From assembly GCA_044376115.1 (NCBI GenBank), contig JBILLK010000005.1, positions 96,001-160,000 on the forward strand: a stretch of 64,000 nucleotides of DNA. The letters run 5' to 3'. The stretch comes from Polyangiaceae bacterium. Lineage in GTDB: Bacteria > Myxococcota_A > Polyangia > Polyangiales > Polyangiaceae. How positions within the stretch are numbered: position 1 is the stretch's first letter; each line of letters starts with the position of its first letter. Shown here in pieces: positions 27,581-37,006 of this stretch. A program made the position numbers and the translations under genes. The notes under the pieces are model-generated. The model was not told where the DNA came from. It searched no databases and worked only from the letters and a program-made list of their open reading frames with translations.

Positions 27581-29017
27581 ATGGCGAACCAAGGCTTCTT
27601 TCGACGAATGATGATGCTGGCCGCTCTTCCGCTCGCTTGGGGGGCCGTGGCTTCGGGCTGCGCAGTTCCACCCCCCGACGACATCCAGACAGAAGATGAA
27701 GAGTCGGTGGTTGACTCCGAAGCCGAGGTCGGCAGTGGCACGGTTGAGCAGGCAACGAACTCCTCGTGCTCAACCGCGAGTATCAAGCCGCTCTCGCAAC
27801 AGATTATCGATGAGATGCGTTGCATGAAGCCCGACATGGTCGTCGAGCTGCCCAGTCGACCCAACCTGGTCCTCACGGACGCGGTGTTTCCCTACGTGGT
27901 CAAGCCCGCACGCGACGCAATGGTTGGAGCGCTCGATGCGAAGCCAAACACGAAGATGACCGTTAACTCCATGCTTAGAACCGTTACGCAGCAGTACATG
28001 GTTCGCCGTTGGTATGAGCAAGGGCGCTGCGGTATCGCGGCTGCGGCCACTCCAGGCAACTCCAACCACGAGACAGGACTTGCGATTGATATCTCCGAGA
28101 ACTCGACATGGCGGAGTGCTCTAGAAACTCGCGGCTTCAAGTGGTTCGGCAATGGGGACAAGCCGCACTTTGACTACACAGGGTCGGGCGCGCAGAGTCA
28201 GAAGGGGCTGGACGTTGAGGCGTTCCAGCGACTTTGGAATCGAAACAACCCCAATGACAAGATTTCGGCGGACGGCGTTTGGGGACCCCAAACGCGCCAA
28301 CGAGTTCAAAAGGCTCCTGCAAAGGGCTTTGCTGTGGGTGCACAGTGCGGCGAGGAAATCGATCCGCAGGAGCCGCAGGATCCGCAGGACCCGGCTGCCG
28401 AATGCAGCGACTTCTCGAGTTCTGAGTTCAGCTGCTCGCCGGATGGCAATTCGCGCGGTCTTTGCGATGCAGGACAGGTCGATCTCCAGCCTTGTAGCAA
28501 CGGCTGTCTGATTCAAACCGGCAACGACGTGTGCATGGGCACGACCAGTTCTTGGTCCTGCAATGGTTCGGTCGGCACGACCAAGATGGAGAATGGCACC
28601 TACGTTGGGACATCCTTTGGCTGTTCTATTGCTGAGGACGGAAGTGAGTTCAGCGACCCAGGAGACAACTGCATTCCGGCATGCCTCTCGACACTCAAGT
28701 CCCAAGGGATCTGCAGCAGCTCGATGACAGGTAAAGCCTGTGAAAAGAGCATTACCTGGTTCTCTGCGGACAAGAACCGGTTTGGCTGCGCCAGTAAGAT
28801 TCGTGTGACCAACCCAGACAATGGGCGGTCCGCCGTGCTCATGGTGATCGACGCTGGTCCCGCCTGCTGGGTTGAGGACGAAGCGGGAACCGGCGTTCTC
28901 GACATGTCCTATCGCGCCACCGAGTATCTCTTCGGGGAGTCCCTGGGCGTCGTTGATAACGAGAAAGTTCACGTGGTCGAGGTTTCTGCCGATACTCCGC
29001 TCGGTCCCGTCCAGTAG
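27581..29017 (+). CDS. Lipoprotein: M15 (D-Ala-D-Ala carboxypeptidase-like) peptidase + PG-binding region + Cys-rich linker + RlpA/DPBB-like domain
   Basis: Lipobox ASGC; SMLRT..QQ; SNHETGLAID; DKPH; DGVWGPQT; C-terminal RVTNPDNGRSA..VIDAGP...LDMS. Confidence 0.8.
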   Translation: MANQGFFRRMMMLAALPLAWGAVASGCAVPPPDDIQTEDEESVVDSEAEVGSGTVEQATNSSCSTASIKPLSQQIIDEMRCMKPDMVVELPSRPNLVLTDAVFPYVVKPARDAMVGALDAKPNTKMTVNSMLRTVTQQYMVRRWYEQGRCGIAAAATPGNSNHETGLAIDISENSTWRSALETRGFKWFGNGDKPHFDYTGSGAQSQKGLDVEAFQRLWNRNNPNDKISADGVWGPQTRQRVQKAPAKGFAVGAQCGEEIDPQEPQDPQDPAAECSDFSSSEFSCSPDGNSRGLCDAGQVDLQPCSNGCLIQTGNDVCMGTTSSWSCNGSVGTTKMENGTYVGTSFGCSIAEDGSEFSDPGDNCIPACLSTLKSQGICSSSMTGKACEKSITWFSADKNRFGCASKIRVTNPDNGRSAVLMVIDAGPACWVEDEAGTGVLDMSYRATEYLFGESLGVVDNEKVHVVEVSADTPLGPVQ

Positions 29018-29030
29018 TATTCTCGAGCCG

Positions 29031-29702
29031 ATGGCTCTGCCCAGACTTCCCCGACACCGGGTTCGAATTGTAGAAGAGGCCCCCTCGTCGCCCGGCGAGC
29101 GGGGCTTCATCTACGTGCGACAACTGAGCTTGGAGCTGCAGTTCGAGGACGGTTCAACCAGTTCGCCCTTCCCCTACTTTTGCGCCGAACGTACGCGCCT
29201 CGACGCGGTGGTCGTGGTGGCTCACTATCGCCGCGACGGTGAACGGTACGTCGTTCTGAGGTCGTCAATTCGTCCACCTCTCGTGGTACGCGCCCAGGAC
29301 AGCTGGCCGATACCTCCGACTCCGTCGTTAGGTGCGCTTTGGGAGGTTCCTGCGGGGCTCGTCGAGCAGGATGAGCGTTCCGCCGAAGGCCTTGCTCGCT
29401 GTGCGGCTCGTGAACTCCTCGAGGAGACGGGGTTTGAGGTACCGGTGGGCGACATCAAACCGCTCGGTCCGCCGACCTTCCCATCGGCTGGGATGATGAG
29501 TGAGTGTCACTACTTCTTCCATGTCGAGGTTGAACCCGACAAGCGAGGTACTCCGCCTGAAGATGGCTCCCCACTCGAGCAGCTAGCCACGATCGTTGAC
29601 CTTCCACTTCGCGAGGCGTTGGTTGCGGTGCGTCGAGGCGAGGTGCAAGACGCCAAAACCGAGCTGGCTCTGCGCCGGTTCGCCGAGATTGAGAGCCAGT
29701 GA
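29031..29702 (+). CDS. NUDIX hydrolase (ADP-ribose pyrophosphatase-like)
   Basis: WEVPAGLVE...AARELLEETG Nudix box; C-terminal DAKT. Confidence 0.88.
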   Translation: MALPRLPRHRVRIVEEAPSSPGERGFIYVRQLSLELQFEDGSTSSPFPYFCAERTRLDAVVVVAHYRRDGERYVVLRSSIRPPLVVRAQDSWPIPPTPSLGALWEVPAGLVEQDERSAEGLARCAARELLEETGFEVPVGDIKPLGPPTFPSAGMMSECHYFFHVEVEPDKRGTPPEDGSPLEQLATIVDLPLREALVAVRRGEVQDAKTELALRRFAEIESQ

Positions 29703-30604
29703 GACAGCGCGTCGCCTTCATTATGAAGCGGTCCGCCTGGTCGACCATGGTGCAACCAAGTGGCGCCACAAGGCTGCGACGACTGATTGCGGAAGGAGAT
29801 CCGACCGTATCTCGACTCCGCTCAACCCACGACGCTCACGCACGAACGGTAGATGAACTCCACGCAGCCTTCGACCGGCTGGGTGTGGAGCCCGTGCCGA
29901 TCGACGATTCCACACGCAACATCACCGCGCGCAGGTTTGCGCTCGTCGTCACCGTAGGTGGAGATGGAACGCTGCTAAGAGCCTCCCACTCGGTGCGCGA
30001 CGCCCCAGTCTTGGGAATCAACAGCGCACCCTCGAGTTCAGTAGGTTTCTTCTGCGGGGTTCGCGGCGGAGATGGCGTAAGCGTCATACGAGCGCTCGAG
30101 CGGGCATTGGAGGGCAGACTCTCAGAGCGTCTGCTGACGCGCATGTGCGTGACGGTTGGTAAACGAACCATCTCTGAGCGAGTCCTGAACGACGCCTTGT
30201 TTTGTCACCGAAGCCCCGCGGCGACTTCGCGGTACCTCATCGAACACAATGGCCAGGTGGAAGAACACAAGTCGAGCGGGTTCTGGGTCGGGCCTGCAGC
30301 CGGCTCAACCGCCGCCCAGCGTTCCGCTGGAGGCCGCGTACTTTCACTGAAGAGCCGTCTATTGCAGTTAGTGGTACGAGAGCCGTACACGCCAAGTGGT
30401 GAACGCTATGGCCTGCTGAAGGTTCTCGTCGGCCCGAGCGAAAAAATCATCGTCAGAAGCAAGATGCGTGAGGCGGTACTCTTTCTTGACGGGCCGGATC
30501 TAGGTGTAACGCCTCAATACGGCGACGTCGTCACGTTCCAAGAGAGCTCGCAACCGCTGCGACTGCTCGCTATTGGCGGTCGGCGCGCTAGGTCGGCTGG
30601 GTAA
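29699..30604 (+). CDS. nadK: NAD(+)/NADH kinase
   Basis: GGDGT, LGIN, VLND, GSTA...SAGG motifs. Confidence 0.9.
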   Translation: MRQRVAFIMKRSAWSTMVQPSGATRLRRLIAEGDPTVSRLRSTHDAHARTVDELHAAFDRLGVEPVPIDDSTRNITARRFALVVTVGGDGTLLRASHSVRDAPVLGINSAPSSSVGFFCGVRGGDGVSVIRALERALEGRLSERLLTRMCVTVGKRTISERVLNDALFCHRSPAATSRYLIEHNGQVEEHKSSGFWVGPAAGSTAAQRSAGGRVLSLKSRLLQLVVREPYTPSGERYGLLKVLVGPSEKIIVRSKMREAVLFLDGPDLGVTPQYGDVVTFQESSQPLRLLAIGGRRARSAG

Positions 30605-30608
30605 GCAG

Positions 30609-33314
30609 TCACGCGTGAGCCTCCGCCCAGCTCTTACCCCAACCGACGTCCACTACGAGAGGTACATCGAGCGCTACGGCGCTCTCCATGGTCCGCCGGA
30701 TCTCCTGAGCGGCTTGTTCGACGCCCTCTTCAGGTACTTCGAAGTTGAGTTCATCGTGCACCGTAAGCACCATCCGGGCGCCTCCTGAGATCCCGCTCCG
30801 CAACTTGACCATTGCAAGCTTGAGGATATCGGCGGCTGTTCCTTGGATGGGCGTATTCTGCGCGATCCGCTCGGCGTAAGAACGCTTCATGCGATCTGCG
30901 TTATGAAGGTCAGGAAGGATTCTCACACGCCCCAGCAGAGTGGTGACTCGTTCCGTCCTCTTTGCCTCCTCCATCGTCTTGTGCATGAATTCGGCGACGC
31001 CGGCGTACTTTTGGAAGTAGGCCTCAATGAAGGCTCCAGCCTCTCGCCGCGGGATCGCCAGCCGCTTTGATAGCGCAACCTCTCCCATTCCGTAGATTAC
31101 GCCGAAGTTTATCGTCTTGCTCTTTCGCCGCATATCGTCGGTAACAGCAGTCTGGCTGACTCCGAAGATCTCCATCGCGGTGCGAGTGTGGATGTCTTGC
31201 CCAGTCTGAAATGCCTCTACCATCACAGGGTCCTTCGACAGGTGAGCCAAAACCCGTAGCTCGATCTGTGAATAGTCGGCGCTGAGAAATACGCTCCCCG
31301 GCGGGGCCACAAACGCTCTGCGGATCTGCCGTCCCAGCTCCGTGCGGATTGGGATGTTCTGAAGGTTTGGCTCCTCGCTAGAGATGCGGCCAGTGGCAGC
31401 AACCGCCTGACGCCAGTGCCCATGAATGCGCCCGGTTGCGTTCAAGATCAATCGCGGAAGCGCATCGACATAAGTCCCTTTGAGCTTTGCGATCCCACGG
31501 TGCTCGATCACCAAACTCGGCAGCGGGTGGTCGTCAGCAATTGCCTCGAGCGCCTCCGCATCGGTACTGCGACCCGTTTTCGTCTTCTTCGTAACCTTTA
31601 GCTTCAACTCATCAAATAGAATTGTCTCAAGCTGACGTGGAGAACTTAGGTTTAGATCCGGGTGGCCGCAGGCCGCCCTCGCTTTGATCTCGAGCTCGTG
31701 AAGCTCACTGGTCATTACGTCGCCTATGCTCCCCAGAATGCTGGTGTCGACTAGGACGCCCCTGAGCTCAAGGTCGGCTAGGAGCGAAGACAGCGGCATT
31801 TCAATCTGCCCGAAGAGATCAGCAAGGCGGCTATCACCAAGCTTCTCTCGCTGTCGTTGATAGGCACGGAGGATTCCGTCCGCGTAGGCAGCGGCTGCGT
31901 GTGCCACCTCCTCAACGGGAAGGTCCTCAAAAGTGACCTTCTTGCGGCCCTTTTCTTTTGATAGCGCGCTAACCAATTGAACTTGCACGCCAGCTTCACG
32001 TTCGCAGATCTCAGTCAACTCGTGGCTCACCTCCGGGTCGAGGAGATAGCTCGCTAGCATCAAGTCAAAGCACTTGCCTTGGAGGCGAAGCCCTTGTCGT
32101 CCGAGAACAACGTCCATTCGCTTCAGGTCATGCCCGACTTTTGCGATTGAAGTATCTGCGATTAGCGGACCTAGAATGGACAATGCTTCTGCCTCCAGAA
32201 GCTGTTTCGGACCGAGCAAACTACGATGCGCCAAAGGTACATAAACCGCGGCGTCTGCGTCGAGCGCCAGCGCGATACCACTTATGTGGCAACGCATGGC
32301 GTCTTCGTCGGACGTGTGCAAAAAGATTGAGAAGAAGCCCTGTTTGCGCGCCTTTTCGGCCCAGTCGGTTAGCTCCCCACGAGACAAAAGAGGAGGGAAT
32401 TTCGCCTGAACGGTGACGGGTTTGGCTTTGACCGCTCGAGGTAGCGAGGCGAGCTGTCTCGTGAAGCCGAGCTCGGTGAACAGTGCCCGTAATCGCTCCA
32501 AGTCTCCGCCTTGGTAGGCTAGTGCCTTAGTGTTCAATGCTACCGGGGCGTCCTGACGTAGGGTCACGAGATCGCGTGAGATCATCGCGTCCTCGCGGTG
32601 CTCGATCAGCGCCTGGCGTGTGCGAGGCTTTTTAACGTCGTCCAATCGTTCGTATATCTCACCGAGCGACGAGAACTGTGCGAGTAGGTCCGCTGCTGTT
32701 TTTAGCCCGATGCTCGGTACGCCTGGAACGTTGTCGGAGCTATCGCCAACCAAGGCCAGGAGGTCTCGAAGCTGTTCTGGCTTTACGCCGAACTTATGTT
32801 CGACTTCCGGCGGCCCATACACACGGTCGCGCATTGCGTCCCAAAGGATGCAACGATCGGAGCAGAGCTGCATCAGGTCCTTGTCGGCGCTTGCGATCAC
32901 TACCTTCAGTCCATTTTCGAGCGCCTGCTTTGTGAGCGTTGCAATGACGTCGTCTGCCTCGAACCCATCTGCCGACAGCGCGGGGATTCGGTAAGCATCT
33001 ACGATCTCTTTGCAGCGTCGAAGCTGCAGTACGAGCTCGGCCGGGGGGGCGGGCCGATGGGCTTTGTAGCGAGGGTCTACGCTAGTCCGAAAGTTGGTTT
33101 CTCCCTCCAATGCCACGCCGAGGAACTGAGGCTTCCGCTCCCCGACCAGCTTCATGATCATGGTCAGCGTTCCGTAGGTAGCGTTGGTCGGTTCACCGGC
33201 GGCATTGGTGAGGCTCTCGATCGCATGGAAAGCCCTAAACACGTACCCGGCGAGATCGATCAAGTAGAGGGTGTCTTCGGCTCCAGGCGGAGGGAGTTCG
33301 GTAGGCCGTGCCAT
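30609..33314 (-). CDS. polA: DNA polymerase I
   Basis: 5' nuclease (EADDVIAT, GDSSDNVPGV); polymerase motifs DYSQIELR, KTINFGVIYG, VHDE. Confidence 0.98.
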   Translation of the reverse strand: MARPTELPPPGAEDTLYLIDLAGYVFRAFHAIESLTNAAGEPTNATYGTLTMIMKLVGERKPQFLGVALEGETNFRTSVDPRYKAHRPAPPAELVLQLRRCKEIVDAYRIPALSADGFEADDVIATLTKQALENGLKVVIASADKDLMQLCSDRCILWDAMRDRVYGPPEVEHKFGVKPEQLRDLLALVGDSSDNVPGVPSIGLKTAADLLAQFSSLGEIYERLDDVKKPRTRQALIEHREDAMISRDLVTLRQDAPVALNTKALAYQGGDLERLRALFTELGFTRQLASLPRAVKAKPVTVQAKFPPLLSRGELTDWAEKARKQGFFSIFLHTSDEDAMRCHISGIALALDADAAVYVPLAHRSLLGPKQLLEAEALSILGPLIADTSIAKVGHDLKRMDVVLGRQGLRLQGKCFDLMLASYLLDPEVSHELTEICEREAGVQVQLVSALSKEKGRKKVTFEDLPVEEVAHAAAAYADGILRAYQRQREKLGDSRLADLFGQIEMPLSSLLADLELRGVLVDTSILGSIGDVMTSELHELEIKARAACGHPDLNLSSPRQLETILFDELKLKVTKKTKTGRSTDAEALEAIADDHPLPSLVIEHRGIAKLKGTYVDALPRLILNATGRIHGHWRQAVAATGRISSEEPNLQNIPIRTELGRQIRRAFVAPPGSVFLSADYSQIELRVLAHLSKDPVMVEAFQTGQDIHTRTAMEIFGVSQTAVTDDMRRKSKTINFGVIYGMGEVALSKRLAIPRREAGAFIEAYFQKYAGVAEFMHKTMEEAKRTERVTTLLGRVRILPDLHNADRMKRSYAERIAQNTPIQGTAADILKLAMVKLRSGISGGARMVLTVHDELNFEVPEEGVEQAAQEIRRTMESAVALDVPLVVDVGWGKSWAEAHA

Positions 33315-33393
33315 GACTCTCCAGTAGCATCATCGCGAAGTGTCCGTGTGGGGCTTTCCTTCTGCTCGGCCACGCTCTAAGCAGCGACGGTTC

Positions 33394-35013
33394 ATGCGAA
33401 GCGTAACCGTGTTCTTTGGGACCGAGTCAGGCAATGCCCAGGCGTTAGCGGAGCGAGCGGGCAAGTCGCTCCAAGAGCGAGGGTTTAACGCCGACGTTGT
33501 AGACATGCAGGACGTCTCGACAGACTCGTTGGGCGAGTTGCGTTGGCTGCTAGTCGTGACGAGTACCTACGGAAATGGCGATCCCCCGTCGAATGCTGAG
33601 GCGTTGCACTCCTTCCTGATGAAGAAGGCAGGGCCGCTGCCTGACCTCAAATTCTCCGTTTGTGCGTTAGGAGACACGACTTACGATCGCTTTGCTCAAT
33701 GCGGCAAGGACTTCGACCTGCGGCTTGAGCAGCTGGGAGCACAGCGAATCAGCCCGCGAGTGGATTGCGATGCTGACTATGAGGTCGCTTTCGAGCGGTG
33801 GTTTTCCGCCGTGCTCGAGCAGCTCGAGCTGCGGCTTCCGAAGGATGGGCAAGCCACGAGCACGCCCCAGCCCAGCACAGTCGCAGCGCCCGTAGAGAGC
33901 GGCGCAAGTGTTCGCGTCGAGCCTGCTGGCACGCGCAGGAACCCTGCAAGCGCGCGGGTCCTCAGCGTCCGTCCGCTCACAAAGGCGGGCTCCACACACG
34001 AGGCGCTTCACGTGGTGCTCGCGGCCGACAACCTCGGTGGATTCGGCGCTGGAGACTCGATCGGTGTCTTTCCGGAGAACGATGCCGCGCTCGTTCAACG
34101 TGTGCTTGATGCGAGTGGCGCCAGCGGCAGCAGCGTCGTGCAATGCGGAGACGAGCAGTTGTCCCTTCACGAAGCGCTTCGATCGCGATTGGAGATTCAG
34201 GCTCTCGACGTTCGGCTCGTCGACGCTGTTCGCAAACTCAACGGTGAACCCGCTTTGACCGTTGAGGAACGGCATGACTTTCTGGCGTCGCACCATGTGA
34301 TCGACGTGCTCGAGGGGGGGCAGGCAGCGCAACTTAGTCCGGAGCAGCTAGTCGCGGGGTTGCGCAGCCTTCAGCCCAGGATGTACTCGGTGGCTTCAAG
34401 TCCAAAGGTTTTTCCGAGTGAGGTGCACCTGTTAGTCGGCCTCGTTCGCTACGAGCTCTTCGGCACAGCTCGCACCGGTGTCGCCTCTCATTGGTTCTCC
34501 CAGCAGCTAGCCGAGGGCGCCAACGTTCGAGTGTTCGTTCAGCGTGCCCCAGGCTTTCGAGTTGCTCCCCGCAATGAGGACATGATCATGATTGGGCCGG
34601 GAACAGGTCTCGCCCCCTTCCGAGCTTTCCTTCAGGAGCGCGCTCGCGAGCCAGGAAGGGGCAGATCGTGGCTGTTTTTCGGTGCTCGCCACCGTGCGAC
34701 AGACTTCTACTATGAGGAGGAGTGGGCGCACATGCTGGAGTCGAAAGCGCTCACCAAGCTCGACACGGCGTTCTCTCGTGATCAGACGGAGAAAGTTTAC
34801 GTCCAGCATCGGATGACGGAAAACGAAGCGGAGCTACTCGAATGGCTAAGGGATGGCGCCTTTGTTTACGTCTGCGGCGATGCGAAGCGGATGGCCCCTG
34901 ACGTTCACCTAGCCCTGCTGAAGATCCTCTCCAAAGATCAATCAGAGGACGATGCGAAGGTCGAACTCAGTCGCATGGAGCGCGAGGGGCGCTATCTACG
35001 CGACGTGTATTAG
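33394..35013 (+). CDS. cysJ: Diflavin (FMN/FAD) NADPH oxidoreductase, sulfite reductase flavoprotein CysJ-like
   Basis: Flavodoxin GTESGNA/STYGNG; RMYSVAS; GPGTGLAPF; FSRD, YVCGD; C-terminal DVY. Confidence 0.85.
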   Translation: MRSVTVFFGTESGNAQALAERAGKSLQERGFNADVVDMQDVSTDSLGELRWLLVVTSTYGNGDPPSNAEALHSFLMKKAGPLPDLKFSVCALGDTTYDRFAQCGKDFDLRLEQLGAQRISPRVDCDADYEVAFERWFSAVLEQLELRLPKDGQATSTPQPSTVAAPVESGASVRVEPAGTRRNPASARVLSVRPLTKAGSTHEALHVVLAADNLGGFGAGDSIGVFPENDAALVQRVLDASGASGSSVVQCGDEQLSLHEALRSRLEIQALDVRLVDAVRKLNGEPALTVEERHDFLASHHVIDVLEGGQAAQLSPEQLVAGLRSLQPRMYSVASSPKVFPSEVHLLVGLVRYELFGTARTGVASHWFSQQLAEGANVRVFVQRAPGFRVAPRNEDMIMIGPGTGLAPFRAFLQERAREPGRGRSWLFFGARHRATDFYYEEEWAHMLESKALTKLDTAFSRDQTEKVYVQHRMTENEAELLEWLRDGAFVYVCGDAKRMAPDVHLALLKILSKDQSEDDAKVELSRMEREGRYLRDVY

Positions 35014-35104
35014 CCAGCTTTCGGGCTGATTCGAGGCGCTAGTGCAACATAGCGTCTCCTCCTTGGTGTTTGCAGTTCGACTGGGCTGCGTCCACTATCC
35101 TCCT

Positions 35105-36013
35105 GTGTCGATTTCACGGAGGGCCACCCTAATGGCGAGTCTTGCAGGAGTTGCGTCAGGCATCGGTTCGGGTTGCGATCTTCCAGCGCAGAACAGTGAC
35201 GGTCGCGTTGCTAAGTCGAAACGCATGCCAGCTGTTTACGTGCCGCATGGTGGCGGTCCCTGGCCTTTTGCAGAGCTTGGTTTCGACAAGTCAGAGCTGG
35301 CCGCGTTAGCAAGCTATCTTCGAGGATTGTCCAGCGTGACCCCGACGCGCCCGACCGCGCTGCTCGTCGTCTCGGCTCACTGGGAGGAGGCGGTTCCAAC
35401 CGTAATGACCTCTCCTTCGCCACCGATGCTCTACGACTACTATGGGTTTCCACCGGAAACATACGCCGTGCAATGGCCAGCTCCAGGGAGTCCCAGCTTG
35501 GCCGCGCGCGTGAGGAGTTTGCTTGAGAGTGCCGGTTTTACAACCGCGGAGGACGCTAGCAGAGGGTTTGACCACGGGACTTTCGTCCCGCTCGCTCTCA
35601 CGTATCCAGACGCTGATGTTCCAACAATTCAGTTGTCACTAAAGGCTGGACTGGCGCCGGCAGAGCACATCGCGATTGGTCGCGCGCTTGCTCCCCTTCG
35701 TGACGAAGGCGTGTTCATCATCGGCAGCGGAATGTCGTTTCACAATATGCGAGGCTTCCGGGATCCTTCGTTACGCAGCTCTGCGTCGACCTTCGACGAG
35801 TGGCTTTCCAAAGCTGTTCTCGCACAGCCTGAAGTACGAGCCACGCAGCTCAATGAATGGGTGAGGGCTCCTCAGGCTCGCCTGTGTCATCCCCGTGAAG
35901 AGCACCTTTTGCCACTGATGGTCATTGTCGGAGCTGCTGCGGAAGACGATGGGGTGCTCGCGTTCCAGGGCGCGGTTGGACGAATGCCCGTGTCTGGCTA
36001 CCAGTTCGGTTAG
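35105..36013 (+). CDS. Class III extradiol ring-cleavage dioxygenase (LigB/DODA family)
   Basis: HGGGP, SAHWE, YDYYGFP, RGFDHG, GSGMSFHN, HPREEHLLPL. Start is 35105 or the later ATG of MPAVY. Confidence 0.92.
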   Translation: MSISRRATLMASLAGVASGIGSGCDLPAQNSDGRVAKSKRMPAVYVPHGGGPWPFAELGFDKSELAALASYLRGLSSVTPTRPTALLVVSAHWEEAVPTVMTSPSPPMLYDYYGFPPETYAVQWPAPGSPSLAARVRSLLESAGFTTAEDASRGFDHGTFVPLALTYPDADVPTIQLSLKAGLAPAEHIAIGRALAPLRDEGVFIIGSGMSFHNMRGFRDPSLRSSASTFDEWLSKAVLAQPEVRATQLNEWVRAPQARLCHPREEHLLPLMVIVGAAAEDDGVLAFQGAVGRMPVSGYQFG

Positions 36014-36070
36014 GCTCTGCTGATGGCCAGCGGTAGGTTCTGTAGCGAGACTTTGGGCTAGCGAGTCATA

Positions 36071-36916
36071 ATGATCTCGTCTTGGGATGATCTTCGGCAC
36101 CTTGAGGCGTTCGAGCGCTTGGGCTCTGCGAGCGCTGCTGGGCGTGAATTGTCCGTTGCGCCGTCAACGATTTATCGCCGCATTGCGTCTCTCGAGGTTT
36201 CGGTCGGTTTCACCTGCCTCGTTCGAGGTAAAGGTGTAACCCCCGCCGGGCGCGAGCTTGCAGACTTGGCGCGTTCAACGACGGTATCGCTGTCGGGCAT
36301 CGCTCGCAGAGCCAAACTCAAGCAAGAACAAGCTCACGGAGTGGTGTCGCTAACGACGATTGACGGCTTTGCGACGCTTCTCAAGGCTCCCCTCTCTGAG
36401 CTGGCTGCAAGCCATCCGCAGCTCCGGGTGGAGGTCCACATCTCGGACACCGGGCTAAGTTTGCGCAAGAATGAGGCCGAAATTGGTCTTGCGTTGCTGG
36501 AGTCGCCACCCTCGACGCTCGTTGGCAGACGACTTTTTCAGGTACAATTTGGTGTCTTTGGTACGGCTCCGCTGATCGCAGCGGCTGAGTCCGCCCGTTG
36601 GATCACCACCGGTCAGCCGCTCCAGAATTCCTGGCTCGGTGAGTGGGAGGCGCAAAACGTACCTCGCACACGGGTGGCTGTGGCTACCGCTTCGCGAAGG
36701 CTCCACGTTGACCTCGTAGCGGCTGGAGCAGGCTTGGGTCTGTTGCCGACTGCACTTGCCGCTGAACATCCGCAACTCGTCGAAGTCGCAAGCTACCGCC
36801 CGCGCACCGCCGTACTTGCGCGACAAGCTTGGGTGCTTTTTCCCCCCGAGCTGAGGCGCGACGCAAGGATCACTGCCGTCGTGAAGGTACTGGCGAGGTA
36901 CCTGTCACTAAACTAG
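36071..36916 (+). CDS. LysR-family transcriptional regulator
   Basis: WDDLRHL...GSASAAGRELSVAPSTIYRRI HTH; C-terminal AGAGLGLLP. Confidence 0.9.
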   Translation: MISSWDDLRHLEAFERLGSASAAGRELSVAPSTIYRRIASLEVSVGFTCLVRGKGVTPAGRELADLARSTTVSLSGIARRAKLKQEQAHGVVSLTTIDGFATLLKAPLSELAASHPQLRVEVHISDTGLSLRKNEAEIGLALLESPPSTLVGRRLFQVQFGVFGTAPLIAAAESARWITTGQPLQNSWLGEWEAQNVPRTRVAVATASRRLHVDLVAAGAGLGLLPTALAAEHPQLVEVASYRPRTAVLARQAWVLFPPELRRDARITAVVKVLARYLSLN

Positions 36917-37006
36917 GAGTTGCGAGCGGGCGGGCTGCGCCGATCCACGCTTTTCAGCAGCGTTTCCCACTTGCTGCGGCGTGAGAGTACGGGCGATATT
37001 GACAGC

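Noticed and set aside
28121..29110. 329 aa minus-strand ORF
   Set aside because: Antisense to the M15/RlpA gene; no motifs.
35015..35028. Short UUCG hairpin after the cysJ-like gene
   Set aside because: 5-bp stem and no U-tract; too weak to call a terminator.
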